From NCBI GenBank assembly GCA_951406725.2, contig OX597820.1, positions 30,194,001 to 30,258,000 of the forward strand: 64,000 nt of DNA. Reading direction: 5' to 3'. Source of the stretch: Octopus vulgaris. Its lineage: Eukaryota. Every line of letters begins with the position of its first letter. Position 1 is the first letter of the stretch. The translations under genes and the position numbers were made by a program. Shown piece by piece: positions 52,620-64,000 of this stretch. Below the pieces are notes generated by a model. That model made no database searches, was not told the origin of the DNA, and was given only the letters and a program-made list of their open reading frames with translations.

Positions 52620-53500
52620 TGAGTGATGTATCTTAAAGTGATGGCTATTGATTTACTTAAGCGTTCTAAATAAAAATGCCATCCAAATTTAGTGAAAAAT
52701 GAATGAAGGTTATTTCAAACGTCTGTTATAAGATTTCATATGTTAGAGTCTTTGACAGCAGTGGAGCTTTCAACGAAGAAGAATACATATGCAGTACAGG
52801 CCTTATACATCACTGCGTACAAGATTGTTTGGGCGTAGAATATACTGCTGTTGAAGAGCAGCATATTCTACTGTGCGCTAAAGAGATTGGACAAATTGTT
52901 CTCAGAATGAATGTCACTAAAATATTGAATGTTTCTTTCCAATGACACTGTATCCAGGCGGTTAAGTAAGATGTCAAAGAACATCTTCTTCTTGTCAATG
53001 ATTCACCACTCTTTTCTAAACAACTAACGTCGCTTTTTACGTAATCTATGGAAATGTTAAAGAGGAAATCTTCTGCAAACCACTTCGGACTACGACCAAA
53101 GATGCCAATGTCATGGAAATTCTTGATGAGCTCTTCAAGGCCAATGACCTAGATTCTGAACTCTCTGTGTGTATGTGTGATTAGCGATAGTGTAGTTGCC
53201 ACAAGATACAATATTAATGAGAGAAAAAACATGTTCAAATCTTTTAATGGCGTCATTTCGAATAACTTGCCGTGCTAGGTTCAGAATCAAGATTTCCAAT
53301 GTTGGTCAAATGAGATCCCGATAAGTGTCATGTATGCATTATTTCATATACAGGAAATCATTGGTTGCACAGAAATTACCTAGATATTTAAATATCCTCT
53401 TGAAAATGCTCATTAAGATAGATAATTTCGAATCCTCAGTAAAATATTACCCACATATTTCACAATGAATTGGCTTTGAAGCAGTGTGTGCTCTGACTTT
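52620..53500 (+). mobile_element. Decayed hAT (Charlie/Buster, ZBED5-like) transposase remnant
   Basis: YTAVEEQHILLCAKEIGQIVL; SNDTVSRRLSKMS (resembles SLSNDTVxRRI); GNVKEEIFCKPLRTTTKDANVMEILDELFKANDL. Frameshifted. Confidence 0.8.
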
Positions 53501-53724
53501 AGCTAAACTACTGTTACTAAATAGCAGGGATCAGCAAAGTTCTTATACCATTGAGCTCCATGGGATCGCTGATAACTTATTGGCCCCATCATGTAAATTT
53601 CTAAAATAAAATTTAAAAAATTACAATTTACAAAAAAACATTTTCATTTAAAAATAATCTCCTTCGTTCACTTGTGTTATTACTGCTTTTTAATGTGAAA
53701 TATTTAAAGAAATTTAATAAAAAC

Positions 53725-53880
53725 ACTTAATGATTTCAAATTTTGGCACAAAACTAGCAATTTCGTGAGAGAGTGTAAGTCGATTACATCGTTCCCAATG
53801 TTCAACTGGTACTTATTTTAACGACCTCGAAAAGGTGAAAAGCAAAGTCGACCATTGCGGAATTTGAACACAGAACGTAA
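53725..53880 (-). mobile_element. SINE family B fragment, alternative tail
   Basis: Reverse complement of the core plus a TTGTGCCAAAATTTGAAATCATTA tail. Lies head-to-head with the trimer at 53932. Confidence 0.75.
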
Positions 53881-53931
53881 TGAAAATCCATAATGAAATT
53901 AATAAAGAAGAATAAGAAATTAGTCTTATTA

Positions 53932-54500
53932 CCGAAATGCTTAGCGGTATTTCGGCTGCCGTTACGTTGTGAGTTCAAACTCCGCCGAGGTCGACTTTGC
54001 CTTTCATCCTTTCTGGGTCGATAAATTAAGTACCAGTTAAGCACTGGGGTCGATATAATCGACTTAATACCTGTGTCTGTCCATGTTTGTCCTCTCTATG
54101 TTTAGCCCCTTGTGGGTAATAAAGAAATAGGTATTTCGTCTGCCGCTACGTTCTGAGTTCAAATTCCGCCGAGGTCGACTTTGCCTTTCATCCTCTCGGG
54201 GTCGATTAAATAAGTACCAGTTACGCACTGGAGTCGATGTAATCGACTTAATCCGCTTGTATGTCCTTGTTTGTCCTCTCTGTGTTTAGCCCCTTGTGGA
54301 TAGTAAAGAAATAGGTATTTCGTCTGCCGCTATGTTCTGAGTTTAAATTCTGCCGAGGTCAACTTTGCCTTTCATCCTTTCGGGGTCGATAAATTAAGTA
54401 CCAGTTACGCACTGGGGTCGATGTAATCGACTTCATCCGTTTGTCTGTCCTTGTTTGTCCCCTCTATGTTTAGCCCCTTGTGGGCAATAAAGAAATAAGA
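53932..54500 (+). mobile_element. SINE family B tandem trimer
   Basis: Units start at 53946, 54130 and 54314 (184-bp period) with identical junctions. Confidence 0.92.
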
Positions 54501-54781
54501 ATATATAATGTGAAATATGTGTTTAGTGAATATTGGTTATTACATCAATATTTGGCAAGAAATTAGCGAGTTTTAGCCTTAAATCACTGCGTTCTTCCAG
54601 ATTCAGTTCGCTAAATAATTTAGAATCCTTAATGCTCAAAATCATTTCAGGTGATTATTGACCACTTGGGTAACTACATAGACCCGAAAATTCGATATTG
54701 ATCACTTTACCGGGCCCTGTAATAGACAAAATATTTTCCAAGTTTTTTTTCGGTGGTAGAATTTTCCCTCTATTGTGTCTT

Positions 54782-54982
54782 TCTATTGTGTGTTAAGTGT
54801 TCATGTTTCGAAGAGAGAAGAGAATATTTCACGAACTTAACAGTCGACAATGCTTCCTCTTAAGATTAATAGTCTAGTTAATACGTTTAGTTTTACGTCA
54901 GATAAAAACCTGGTTGATATACTGACGACATTTTATGTAAGTATCACCTTGGTAACAACAATGACGAAATACGCGTTCCATT
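54782..54982 (+). repeat. Copy 1 of a ~200-bp diverged direct repeat (copy 2 at 57890-58087)
   Basis: Shared TTTCGAAGAG..AATATTTCACGAAC, AAAACCTGGTTGATATACTGACGACAT and ATCACCTTGGTAACA.CAATGACGAAATA. Confidence 0.85.
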
Positions 54983-55356
54983 ATTTATTTATTTATTCAT
55001 TTATTTATTTATTTATTTATTTATTTATTCACTCATTCATTTGGGTGTTTGCTTAATTGTTTTCTTCTGTGCTTATTTGTTTTTCTTATTGAGTCTCTAT
55101 TGTTTTTGTTTTTGCTTTTTTTTTTATTAACTTAACCGAAATACCGGTAACTGTTAGCGTCTTACAGTTTAATGCTCACGAAGATTTCCGAGTGCGCATG
55201 CGTATGCGTTCGTATATGTGCTTCTGTGCCTGCGTACGAAATACAATGGATGGGTGGGTGGGTGGATGAATGGATGGATGGATGGAAGTGTTTTCCATTG
55301 CACAGAATTGAAGCCGGTCAGTAACGAAGCGACAAGGCTTTGTACACACACACACA

Positions 55357-55434
<78 letters not shown>

Positions 55435-55473
55435 AACACACACAAACACAAACACACACACACACGCACACAC

Positions 55474-56037
55474 ACGAGGGATGCTGAAAAGTCCCTGGCT
55501 TTCAAGGTGTCTCGAAACGCCTGTTTGGAGGCCCAACCTTCTGCGTTCTTTTACAGGGCTTAGGAAAAGGACCGCTGCAATAAGTGTGTGAATCTGAGAA
55601 GGGAATATGTTGAATAAAAACATAATTTGGGGAGACACATGGCCTAGTGGTTAAAGCAGCGGACTCGCGGTCGAGGGATCGCGGGTTCGAATCTCAGACA
55701 GGGCGATGTGTGTGTTTATGAGCGAAGCACCTAAGCTCCACGCGGCTTCGGCAGAAGGTAATGGCGAACCTCTGCTGACTCTCTCGCCACAACTTTCTTT
55801 CACTCTTTCCTCTTGCATCTTGCAACTCACCTGCGACGGACTGGCGTCCCGTCCAGGTGGGGAACCTATACGCCAATGAAACCGGGAAACCGGCCCTTAT
55901 ATGAGCTAGGCATGGCTCGAGAAGAAACAAACAACTGTTCCTTCTAAAGGATGAAACAACAAACAACAAAACCATAATTTACTAATCCTCCGGTATTTTA
56001 TTTTACCAAAGCCAGGAACGTTTCAACATACCTCGAT
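55474..56037 (+). mobile_element. Mariner-derived MITE interrupted by a SINE
   Basis: TIR-like ends CGAGGGGATGCTGAAAAGTCCCTGGCTTT and AAAGCCAGGAACGTTTCAACATACCTCG. Transposase C-terminus RCNKCVNLRREYVE*. Confidence 0.75.
55629..55967 (+). mobile_element. SINE family A with TSD
   Basis: AAAA(A/C)CATAATTT is duplicated at 55616 and 55968. A and B boxes present. Confidence 0.9.
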
Positions 56038-56592
56038 AGATGAAGGTGCGAGTGTTCAAGGGTAGAGGAGATGATATAAAGAAACAATGGCGCTATTTTT
56101 TATACCTGTTTATGAATAATTTAGAATTTACTTCGTACACATTGATGGTGTATATACCTATATAAATCCGATTCATACAAGCCTTGGGTGACTGCTGGTG
56201 AATGACATATTTCCTTTCAGTTTCTTTTTTTTATGTATGCATGTATGTATGTATGTATGTATGTATGTATGTGCATATACTATAAATATATGTGTGTGTA
56301 TGTACGTATGTATGTATGTATGTATGTATGTATGTATGTATGTATGTATGTATGTATGTATGTATGTATGTATGTATGTATGTACATACTTATTATATCA
56401 GGTCGCCTTTGCCGAACAGCAAAGAAACCGTAAAGAAACCAACAGCGACTGTGAAGCAATGAGTGGTCAATACAAAGATACACACACATACATATACATG
56501 TCTGTGTACATACACACGCGCGCGCTTACATAGATACACATACATACATACATACATACATACATACATACATACATACATACATACATACA

Positions 56593-57118
56593 CGAGCAAA
56601 ACGCCCCCCATCCAATGGACGGTGTTGAGTTGTCAAACATTTAAACCAAATTTTCTCAAAACAACTTCTCCGACCGTCCCATAGGCTTCCCTTTGAGAAA
56701 CACTGATTTAACCTAAATTTTAGACACCAGCAAAAGAAGAAATAAAGATAGACTCTTTTTCTATTCCAAAGGAAAGCGATTTTATTCACACAAATATGCA
56801 AACGAAGAGTTTAAAGTACCAGTAATGATAAGGCTGTTGACTGGGAGAAAACAAACATGGTTTAAACAGTAAGCTTAGCAGGAAAGAAACGTGCCTTTAA
56901 GCAGTACAAAAACAACAAAAAATGGAAGGTGCAGGACAAAAACGGCTTTATCGATCGCATTCTCACCTGGAATTGGGTTTTTTTGTAATTTTTTCAAAAC
57001 TTATACACGCCCTGATACCGACGGTATTTACATATCAAATTTGAGCGCAATCGGATGGAGGCTGCCCGACATCCTAGGACACACACACAGACAGACTGAA
57101 CGGATTTTATATAATAGA
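56593..57118 (-). mobile_element. Non-autonomous Helitron-like element, unit A
   Basis: Minus strand starts TCTATTATATAAAATCCG and ends with hairpin CCGTCC-ATT-GGATGG then GGGGCGTTTTGCTCG|T. Confidence 0.75.
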
Positions 57119-57668
57119 CGAGCAAAACGTCCCCCGTCCAATGGACGGTACTGAATCATATCTGCTGAATAAAAAGCAATCAGTGTTTTCTTTCCATTAA
57201 AAAATAATTAACCATGTCTTTATTTCAATAAAATTTTTGGTTTTGTTAAACGAAGTTAAGGCAAAAAAAAAATTCTTGAGAAACCAAATAGTCTTTCCTT
57301 CCTTCATGCCAAGTTTGAAGAAAATATCTCTTTTGCATCTTAATTTTTTGGTCTCTTAAATACTGCATTTTGTGGCATTATTTCAAGCCAGCCGGCTTTT
57401 TTGCGCAAACTGCACGTGCATTTTTCTTGCGTACGCGTAGTATCGATCGCAACAGCTGATGTACTTGCGCGTGCAAATGCACGTTCCCACGGCTTTATCG
57501 ATCGCATTCTCACCTGGAATCGATTTTTGTAATTTTTTCAAGACTTATACACGCCGTGATACTGTCAGTATCTACATATCAAATTTGAGCGCAATCAGAC
57601 GGACGATGCTCGAGATCCTAGAAGACACACAGACAGACACACACACAGAACGGATTTTATATTATAGA
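57119..57668 (-). mobile_element. Non-autonomous Helitron-like element, unit B
   Basis: Minus strand starts A|TCTATAATATAAAATCCG. Perfect hairpin CCGTCC-ATT-GGACGG, then a CTCG end abutting the TC of unit A. Confidence 0.75.
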
Positions 57669-57889
57669 TATATCCGGCCGATTTCTACGCAGTTTTCGTC
57701 AACCAAATTCACTCACAAGACAAACACTGGTCATCCAGAAGCTGTTTCGATAGAATTATATTAGATCCTCGCCACAGGTGTCACTTAGTGGTACCGAACT
57801 CTGAATCCGAAATCACTTGGTTACGGAGCAAACTTCTTAACCACATAGCCATGTCTGCGAATTCTAGAACTTTTCTCTTTTCCTGTACT

Positions 57890-58087
57890 TCATTGTGTGT
57901 CAAGTGCTCATATTTCGAAGAGAATATTTCACGAACCTAATAGTGTGCGTCTTTCCTCTTCACATTAATCGTCTGGTTGATACGTTCATTTAAGTCTTAC
58001 GTCAGGTGAAAACCTGGTTGATATACTGACGACATCATATGTAAGCATCACCTTGGTAACAGCAATGACGAAATATTTGTTCCATTA
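57890..58087 (+). repeat. Copy 2 of the ~200-bp diverged direct repeat
   Basis: Matches 54782-54982. Confidence 0.85.
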
Positions 58088-58485
58088 TGAGCATTATTTA
58101 TGCTTATTTGTTTACTTCGTGTCTTTAATTATCTACTTCTAGTTTCATTTCGTTCATTATTTCTTTGTTGTTGCTGTTGTTGTGGGGGAGAGGGGTTGCC
58201 GATTTTATTTAAAATAGACGTAAATGATAACTTAGTTTTATACGGTGGAAGGGGAATATGATCTGTAGATTTTATGAATGAAAGTAAATGCGTGTGTATG
58301 TGTGTTCATGCGCGTGTGTTTAATAAGATGTACGTTCGCAGTCATGTTTGCATGTGTCTGCATATATACATATATATGTGTGTGTGTGTGTGTGTACATA
58401 TACATACATACATCGAGCGTCAAACTAACACATTCCTTGTGGACGTCCTCTTGTTTGTTAATTTTATTATTCGCTTATTTGAATT

Positions 58486-58553
<68 letters not shown>

Positions 58554-58555
<2 letters not shown>

Positions 58556-59088
58556 CAGTTTCCGTCTACCAAATTCACTCAAAAGGCTTTAGTAGAAACA
58601 CTTGCCCAAGGAGCCACGCAGTGGGACTGAACCCGGAGGCATGTGGTTGGTAAGCAAGCTACTTACCACACAGCCACTCCTGTCTATATATATATATATA
58701 TATATATACTTACTTGCTTCAGCCATTTGACTGCGGTCATGCTGGAGCACCGCCTTTAGTCGAGCAACTTATTCGTTGTAAGCCTAGTACTCATTCTATC
58801 GGTCTCTTTTGCCGAACCGCTAAGTTATGGGGGCGTAAACACACTAGCATCGGTTGTCAAGCGAGGTTGGGGGGACAAACACACACACACAAATACACAC
58901 ACACACACACACACAAACACACACATACATACATACATACATACATACGACGGGCATTTTTCAGTTTCCGTCTACCAAATTCACTCAAAAGGCTTTAGTA
59001 GAAACACTTGCCCAAGGGGCCACGCAGTGGGACTGAACCCGGAAGCATGTGGTTGGTAAGCAAGCTACTTACCACACAGCCACTCCTG

Positions 59089-59090
<2 letters not shown>
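58554..59090 (-). mobile_element. SINE family C copy (58712-59090) plus a local duplicate of its 5' part (58554-58684)
   Basis: Both carry the same internal deletion (CTCAAAAGGCTTTAGTAGAAACAC) relative to the 40536 copy. Confidence 0.85.
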
Positions 59091-59126
<36 letters not shown>

Positions 59127-59807
59127 TATTATATTATATTATATATATATATATAATATTATATATATATATATATAATATTATATTATATTATTATTAT
59201 ATATATATATAAAATACAAACTGGGACAAGAACGCATAACATTTAGAAGACGATACAAAAAACGTTTCAACTCTGCATGAATATATGTGTGTGTATGTAA
59301 AAGGTAGTCATGTGAATGTGTGTGTGTGTGTGTGTGCGCGCGCGCGCGTGTGTGTTCAATGGAAGTGGGATGGTGAACATTCTACGCTGAAAAGAAAAAT
59401 CAAATAGCGTTTCAACTCTGTGTGAGTATATGTGTGTATGTGTGCGCGTGTACAAGGGAAGCATGTGAATGTTTGTATCTGTGGTTTTTATGTACCTTAT
59501 TTTGTACCTTACTTATATATAAAATATTACAATCAGCCGTCATTTTTGACGGCACGAGTTCAGCTACTGTTTAAATAATGAATAACAAACCGCAACTTGA
59601 CACATCTGTAAAGTATTTGATAACGAATGATGTGTGTGTGTGTGTGTGTGTGTGTATGTTTGTGTTGACCAGAAAATACAGCGTCCTTGCTACCATATTT
59701 CGTAACGAGTGACGTGTTGAGCGAAAATATAACGTCTTTGCTTACTTCGTAACGAATGACATTTTTAACGCAAATAACGTTTCTTGACTTTCATATTTTT
59801 AAGAAAA

Positions 59808-60206
59808 TCTTTGTATATAAAAGACAAGTTGTGTGTCTGTCTCCTACGATTTAGATTCCTAACTACTCCCACATTTTGCGGTGCAGTTTAACCAAAACCG
59901 GGTATCTTATAGTCGTGATTCATATCGAGCCCTTCTGGGTATTAGCGCGCGTCTACGATGAGTCTACGATTTAAAAAAAATTTACCATCATTTTTTTCCA
60001 TTTTAATGCATTTTATTCGCTATTATATAAGGGAAGTAACTCTCTAAAAATGTCTACGATGAGTCAACGATTTTTAAAACAATTTACCATCATTTTTTTT
60101 CCATTTTTAATGCATTTTTTCTTTTTTTTTTTGGCTATAACTCTCTAAAAATGCTTATATAGTTATTTCCCTTACACACCCGAGCAACGCCGGGCGATAC
60201 TGCTAG
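59808..60206 (+). mobile_element. Non-autonomous Helitron with canonical ends
   Basis: Ends A|TC ... CTAG|T. 3' hairpin CCCG-AGCAACGC-CGGG at 60179-60194. Internal ~100-bp tandem duplication (GTCTACGATGAGTC.ACGATTT). Confidence 0.88.
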
Positions 60207-60647
60207 TAATGTATATTAAACGAAAATATAGCGTCTTTACAAGCGTATTTTGTAACTGCACGAAAATAAAGTCCTTGACTACCATATTTTCTAACTTGAT
60301 ATATTGAGCAAAAAGTATAGCGTCTTAGCTACCATAATAAAACCATATACGCACACACGCACACACACACACACACACACATACACGCACGCACACACAC
60401 ACACACACACACCTCTAGAGTGGTACATGTGTACGTGTAAGTCGTTTAATAGCCAATTGATAAAATGGTATTAGCTAATTGACTTATCAAGTAACATTTG
60501 ACATGGAACGCCACCGAAAGCCTGTTATTTTAACGCCTTTCAGATTTGTCGGCTTTACTTACCGCTTAAAAAATGCCAGCTGGTGGCCTTCCAACATGAA
60601 CCTTATCTTTAAAGAATTCCTCAAAGATTGAGGTAGATCTTTCGTTA

Positions 60648-60940
60648 GGTGGTGGTGGTGGTGGTGGTGGTGGTGGTGGTGGTGGTGGTGGTGGTGGTGG
60701 TGGTGGTGGTGGTGGTGGTGGTGTAGGTGGTGGTGGTGGTGGTGGTGGTGGTGGTGGTGGTGGTGGTGATGATGATGGTGGTGATAGTGGTGATGGTGGT
60801 GGTGGTGGTGGTGATGGTGGTGGTGGTGGTGGTGGTGGTGGTGGTGGTGGTGGTGGTGGTGATGGTGTTGATGGTGGTAGCGGTGATGGTGGTGGTGGTG
60901 GTGATGGTGGTAGTGGTGATGGTGGTGGTGGTGGTGGTGG
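60648..60940. repeat. (GGT)n microsatellite
   Basis: Direct observation. Confidence 0.95.
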
Positions 60941-61644
60941 CTTTTCTTGATGCTGTCGTTGTAGTTGTCGTCATCGTTCTTGCTGCTGTTTAGCTAAGAT
61001 CATCTCTTATCGAACAGACCTGTAATCTGTAAGGTCAGGTGTTATATGATGGAAAAAATGTGGTAGCTATTTCTAGCAGTATGAATGACTATAGAAAGGA
61101 AACCATATCGTTAGTTCGTAATGGTAGAAACAGAGCTGGTGATGGCAATGGTAATGGTGGGGGCGGCCGATTTAAAAGTGATGCTGGCAGGCCATATCGT
61201 TAAATTCATATCATATGATTAGTTTTATATACTCTTAAGGACACGCAACACACACACACTCAGATACACACACACACACTCAGATACACACACACACTCA
61301 GATACACACACACACTCAGATACACACACACACACAAACGAACGAACGCACGCACGCACGCAAACACACACACATCGTATATATATTAGGGAACCCATAC
61401 ACATTTAATCAGTTATTATTAATGCTTTCGGCTGTAATGACAGTTTCCCTGATAAAGATAAGTGTTCAAGAAAAAGGAAAGAAAAGCAACAAAACTCAAC
61501 GAAAAAAGTAAAAACAAGCTAAGCGTTATTTTATCTTCTCTTTACATAACTGCGATTATCGTCTGCCAATTGGAAGAGGATAAGTGTCCATGTACATAGA
61601 CACAGATGGGCACGAGAACGCAAGCGCATACACACACACGCGCG

Positions 61645-61684
<40 letters not shown>

Positions 61685-62119
61685 TATACATATATATATA
61701 AGGAAACGCGTTAATCATGCACGGGTAGTTGTGCCGACCCATTTGGTTGCTCAGAACGATTACGAGATTAGCTTTTTCAGTGGAGCGGTAGATTAATATA
61801 TATATACATACACACGCATACATAGATATACACATACATGTGTGTGTATGTGTGTGTATATATTGAATATATGTGTCAATCTATATGTATGCGTGTATAT
61901 ATATATATATAATAGTGTAATAAATAAAATATATATACATACATACATACATATATGTACGTACCTACATCTACATGTATATATACATGCATATATAAAT
62001 ATATATAAGTGAGTACAGGACACCACAAATAGACGTAGAACTCAACGAGAAATGATATATGTATATGTATATATATATATGTGTATGTATGTGTGTATGT
62101 ATGTGTATATATATGTATG

Positions 62120-62175
<56 letters not shown>

Positions 62176-62529
62176 AAGCACCAAGTGGTGTCACTCACCT
62201 GGAAATTAAAGTTCATTCAAAGGTTACGAAAAGTGAAAGATATATGAAGTGGTGTTAGTGTATGTGTGTGTGGTGGTGGTGGTGGTGGTGATGGTGTGTG
62301 TGGTGGTGTGTTTGTGTGTGTTATATAATAACGCTTTAAACACAAGACCTGCAACTTTAAGAGGAGAGAATCGATTAAGACGACCGCATTGCTTGACTGG
62401 TACTGTATTTTATCAGCTCTATTATTTTCAAAAGTACCCCTTGGAAAACCTTTGCATATTTGAAGGGAGCCACACAGACTGTCTTTTTGTTTGTATTAGA
62501 AAGATCAATGGTAGAAATTTACAACTTAG

Positions 62530-62680
62530 GAGCAGGCATGACTGTATAGTTAAGAAGCTCGCTTTGTATCCACCTGGTTTTGGGTTCAGGCCCATTGCCC
62601 GACACCTTGGCCAAGTGTCTTCTAACATAGCTCCGGGCCGACCAATGCCTTGTAAATGAATTTGGTGAGCGGCAATATGG
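62530..62680 (+). mobile_element. Diverged SINE family C 5' part
   Basis: AAGAAGCTCGCTT..GGGTTCAGGCCCA..CACCTTGGCCAAGTGTCTTCT..GGGCCGACCAATGCCTTGT. Confidence 0.7.
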
Positions 62681-62989
62681 ATGTATGTGTTTATGTATAT
62701 GTGTGTGTATGCATGCATCACTGTATGTATGTGATAGAAAATTCAACAAAATAGTACTTACTCCATCTGGTGAGAGATAAACATTATTTAGTTAAAAGGA
62801 CACAATACGTGTCTTTAAGTGCTACTAATAGTTCCATACATACATACATACCTGCATGCATGCATACATACATGCATACATACATACATACATACATACA
62901 TACATACATACATACATACATACATGGGCAGGCAGGCAAGCAGACAGGCAGACAGACAGACAGACAGACAGATAAATAGATAGATAGAT

Positions 62990-63070
<81 letters not shown>

Positions 63071-63074
63071 TCAG

Positions 63075-63935
63075 AGTGTGAGGGGCTTATCTGAGGACAC
63101 TTAATTATCAGTATATTTATCTCTTCAAACTTTATTTCTTTTAAATCCTCTAAAGCAGATAGAATGCTCGTACGAGAAATAAAATGGCATGTAGTCATCG
63201 TTGCCATATGTGCGGAACAAAGCGATTTAGAAATTGCCGACTTTCTAAATGGTGAAAGAGCTTTCGTGCACAAAGTTCAAATGGAATTAGAAGCCTGTGG
63301 AAAGAGTGTTTCAATTGTATAAAAGAGAAAACAAATTCTATACTTTCGGAAACTAAAATGGCACCGTAATTCACCCAAAAGGGTCAAAACATTATCGATG
63401 ATGATCCCGTAAAAATCAATGAGGGCCATCTCCAAAGAATTTCAGATGTCAGTGTTGTCCATCAGAACTGTGTGGCACGAGGACGTTCGATACAAGTCGT
63501 ATGTACTGGGGAGAGGTCAGTTCATGTCTGCAAAGAAGGAAAACCGTTTGATCCGTGCCAAGCGATTACTTAACAAGATTAAAAGCCTCACGAACATGGC
63601 ATGGTTTGGTTCTTCTCTGATGAGAAAGACTTCGACTAAGAGCAGAGGTCTAACAGGGAAAATGAAAAATGGTTGTGTGCAGATCACTCTGATGTTACCA
63701 GAGTGATGCACACTAAGTTTCTATAACTATTATTTCTAACTCCCCATCATCTCATTAATTCCTTACCCAAAACTTTCACTCTCACTCTTCCTTCCATGTT
63801 TCCCTGACTATTTTTCTCTCTCCCCCACCTCTCTCTATTTCTTCCTCCAACACTAATGGGAGTGGTGAGTAACGAAGGTCATGAAATGCCATCTTACATT
63901 TTCCCACTCGATTTTAGATCTAAAGCTATTGGAAA
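63075..63935 (+). mobile_element. Decayed Tc1/mariner-superfamily transposase, maT (DD37D, Bmmar1-like) type
   Basis: KSMRAISKEFQMSVLSIRTVWHEDVRYKSYVL..ENRLIRAKRLLNKIK; FSDEKDFD; WLCADHSDVTRVMHTKF; GVVSNEGHEMP. Stops, frameshifts and a CT-rich insert at 63721-63855. Confidence 0.8.
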
Positions 63936-64000
63936 CGTTCAATTCAATTTTTATTGGCTCAAGAAGCAAAAGCAAGGCCATGTAGGGGGACAGGGAGGGT

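Noticed and set aside
53946-54497. CRISPR-like array
   Set aside because: The 184-bp units are whole repeats without unique spacers. The context is eukaryotic and there are no cas genes.
60544-60631. Possible exon with FVGFTY (AGC-kinase hydrophobic motif), or a minus-strand exon ending at a GTAAGT donor at 60562
   Set aside because: A six-residue match only, with conflicting strand signals and no other kinase exons in the window.

Overview
Eukaryotic, AT-rich DNA dominated by microsatellites, with no recognisable host protein-coding gene, rRNA, true tRNA or CRISPR array. The repeat landscape is extreme ATAC/AGAT/AC/AT microsatellite density plus several tRNA-headed SINE families. This looks like intronic or intergenic DNA of an octopus (coleoid cephalopod), which is an inference from pattern recognition only. 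Nearly all ORFs in the supplied track are microsatellite read-through. Supported content: three abundant SINE families, mariner and maT-type remnants and MITEs, a hAT/Charlie-type remnant, LINE fragments (R4/Dong-like RLE, CR1/Jockey-like, RTE-like, L1/Tx1-like and I-group-like), five non-autonomous Helitron-like elements, and two Penelope-type minimal hammerhead-like motifs. The most interesting observations are: (1) SINE concatemers with a ~184-bp period that always restart in the loop of the head hairpin, and whose 3' tail matches a LINE 3' end in the same window; (2) an isolated 139-nt GC-rich hairpin shaped like a pri-miRNA; (3) an exact head-to-tail Helitron junction with CTCG ends; (4) a duplicated block carrying two 35-nt AG..GTAAG micro-exon candidates; (5) many local inverted or templated duplications. 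Family names come from recalled motifs, not from database searches.
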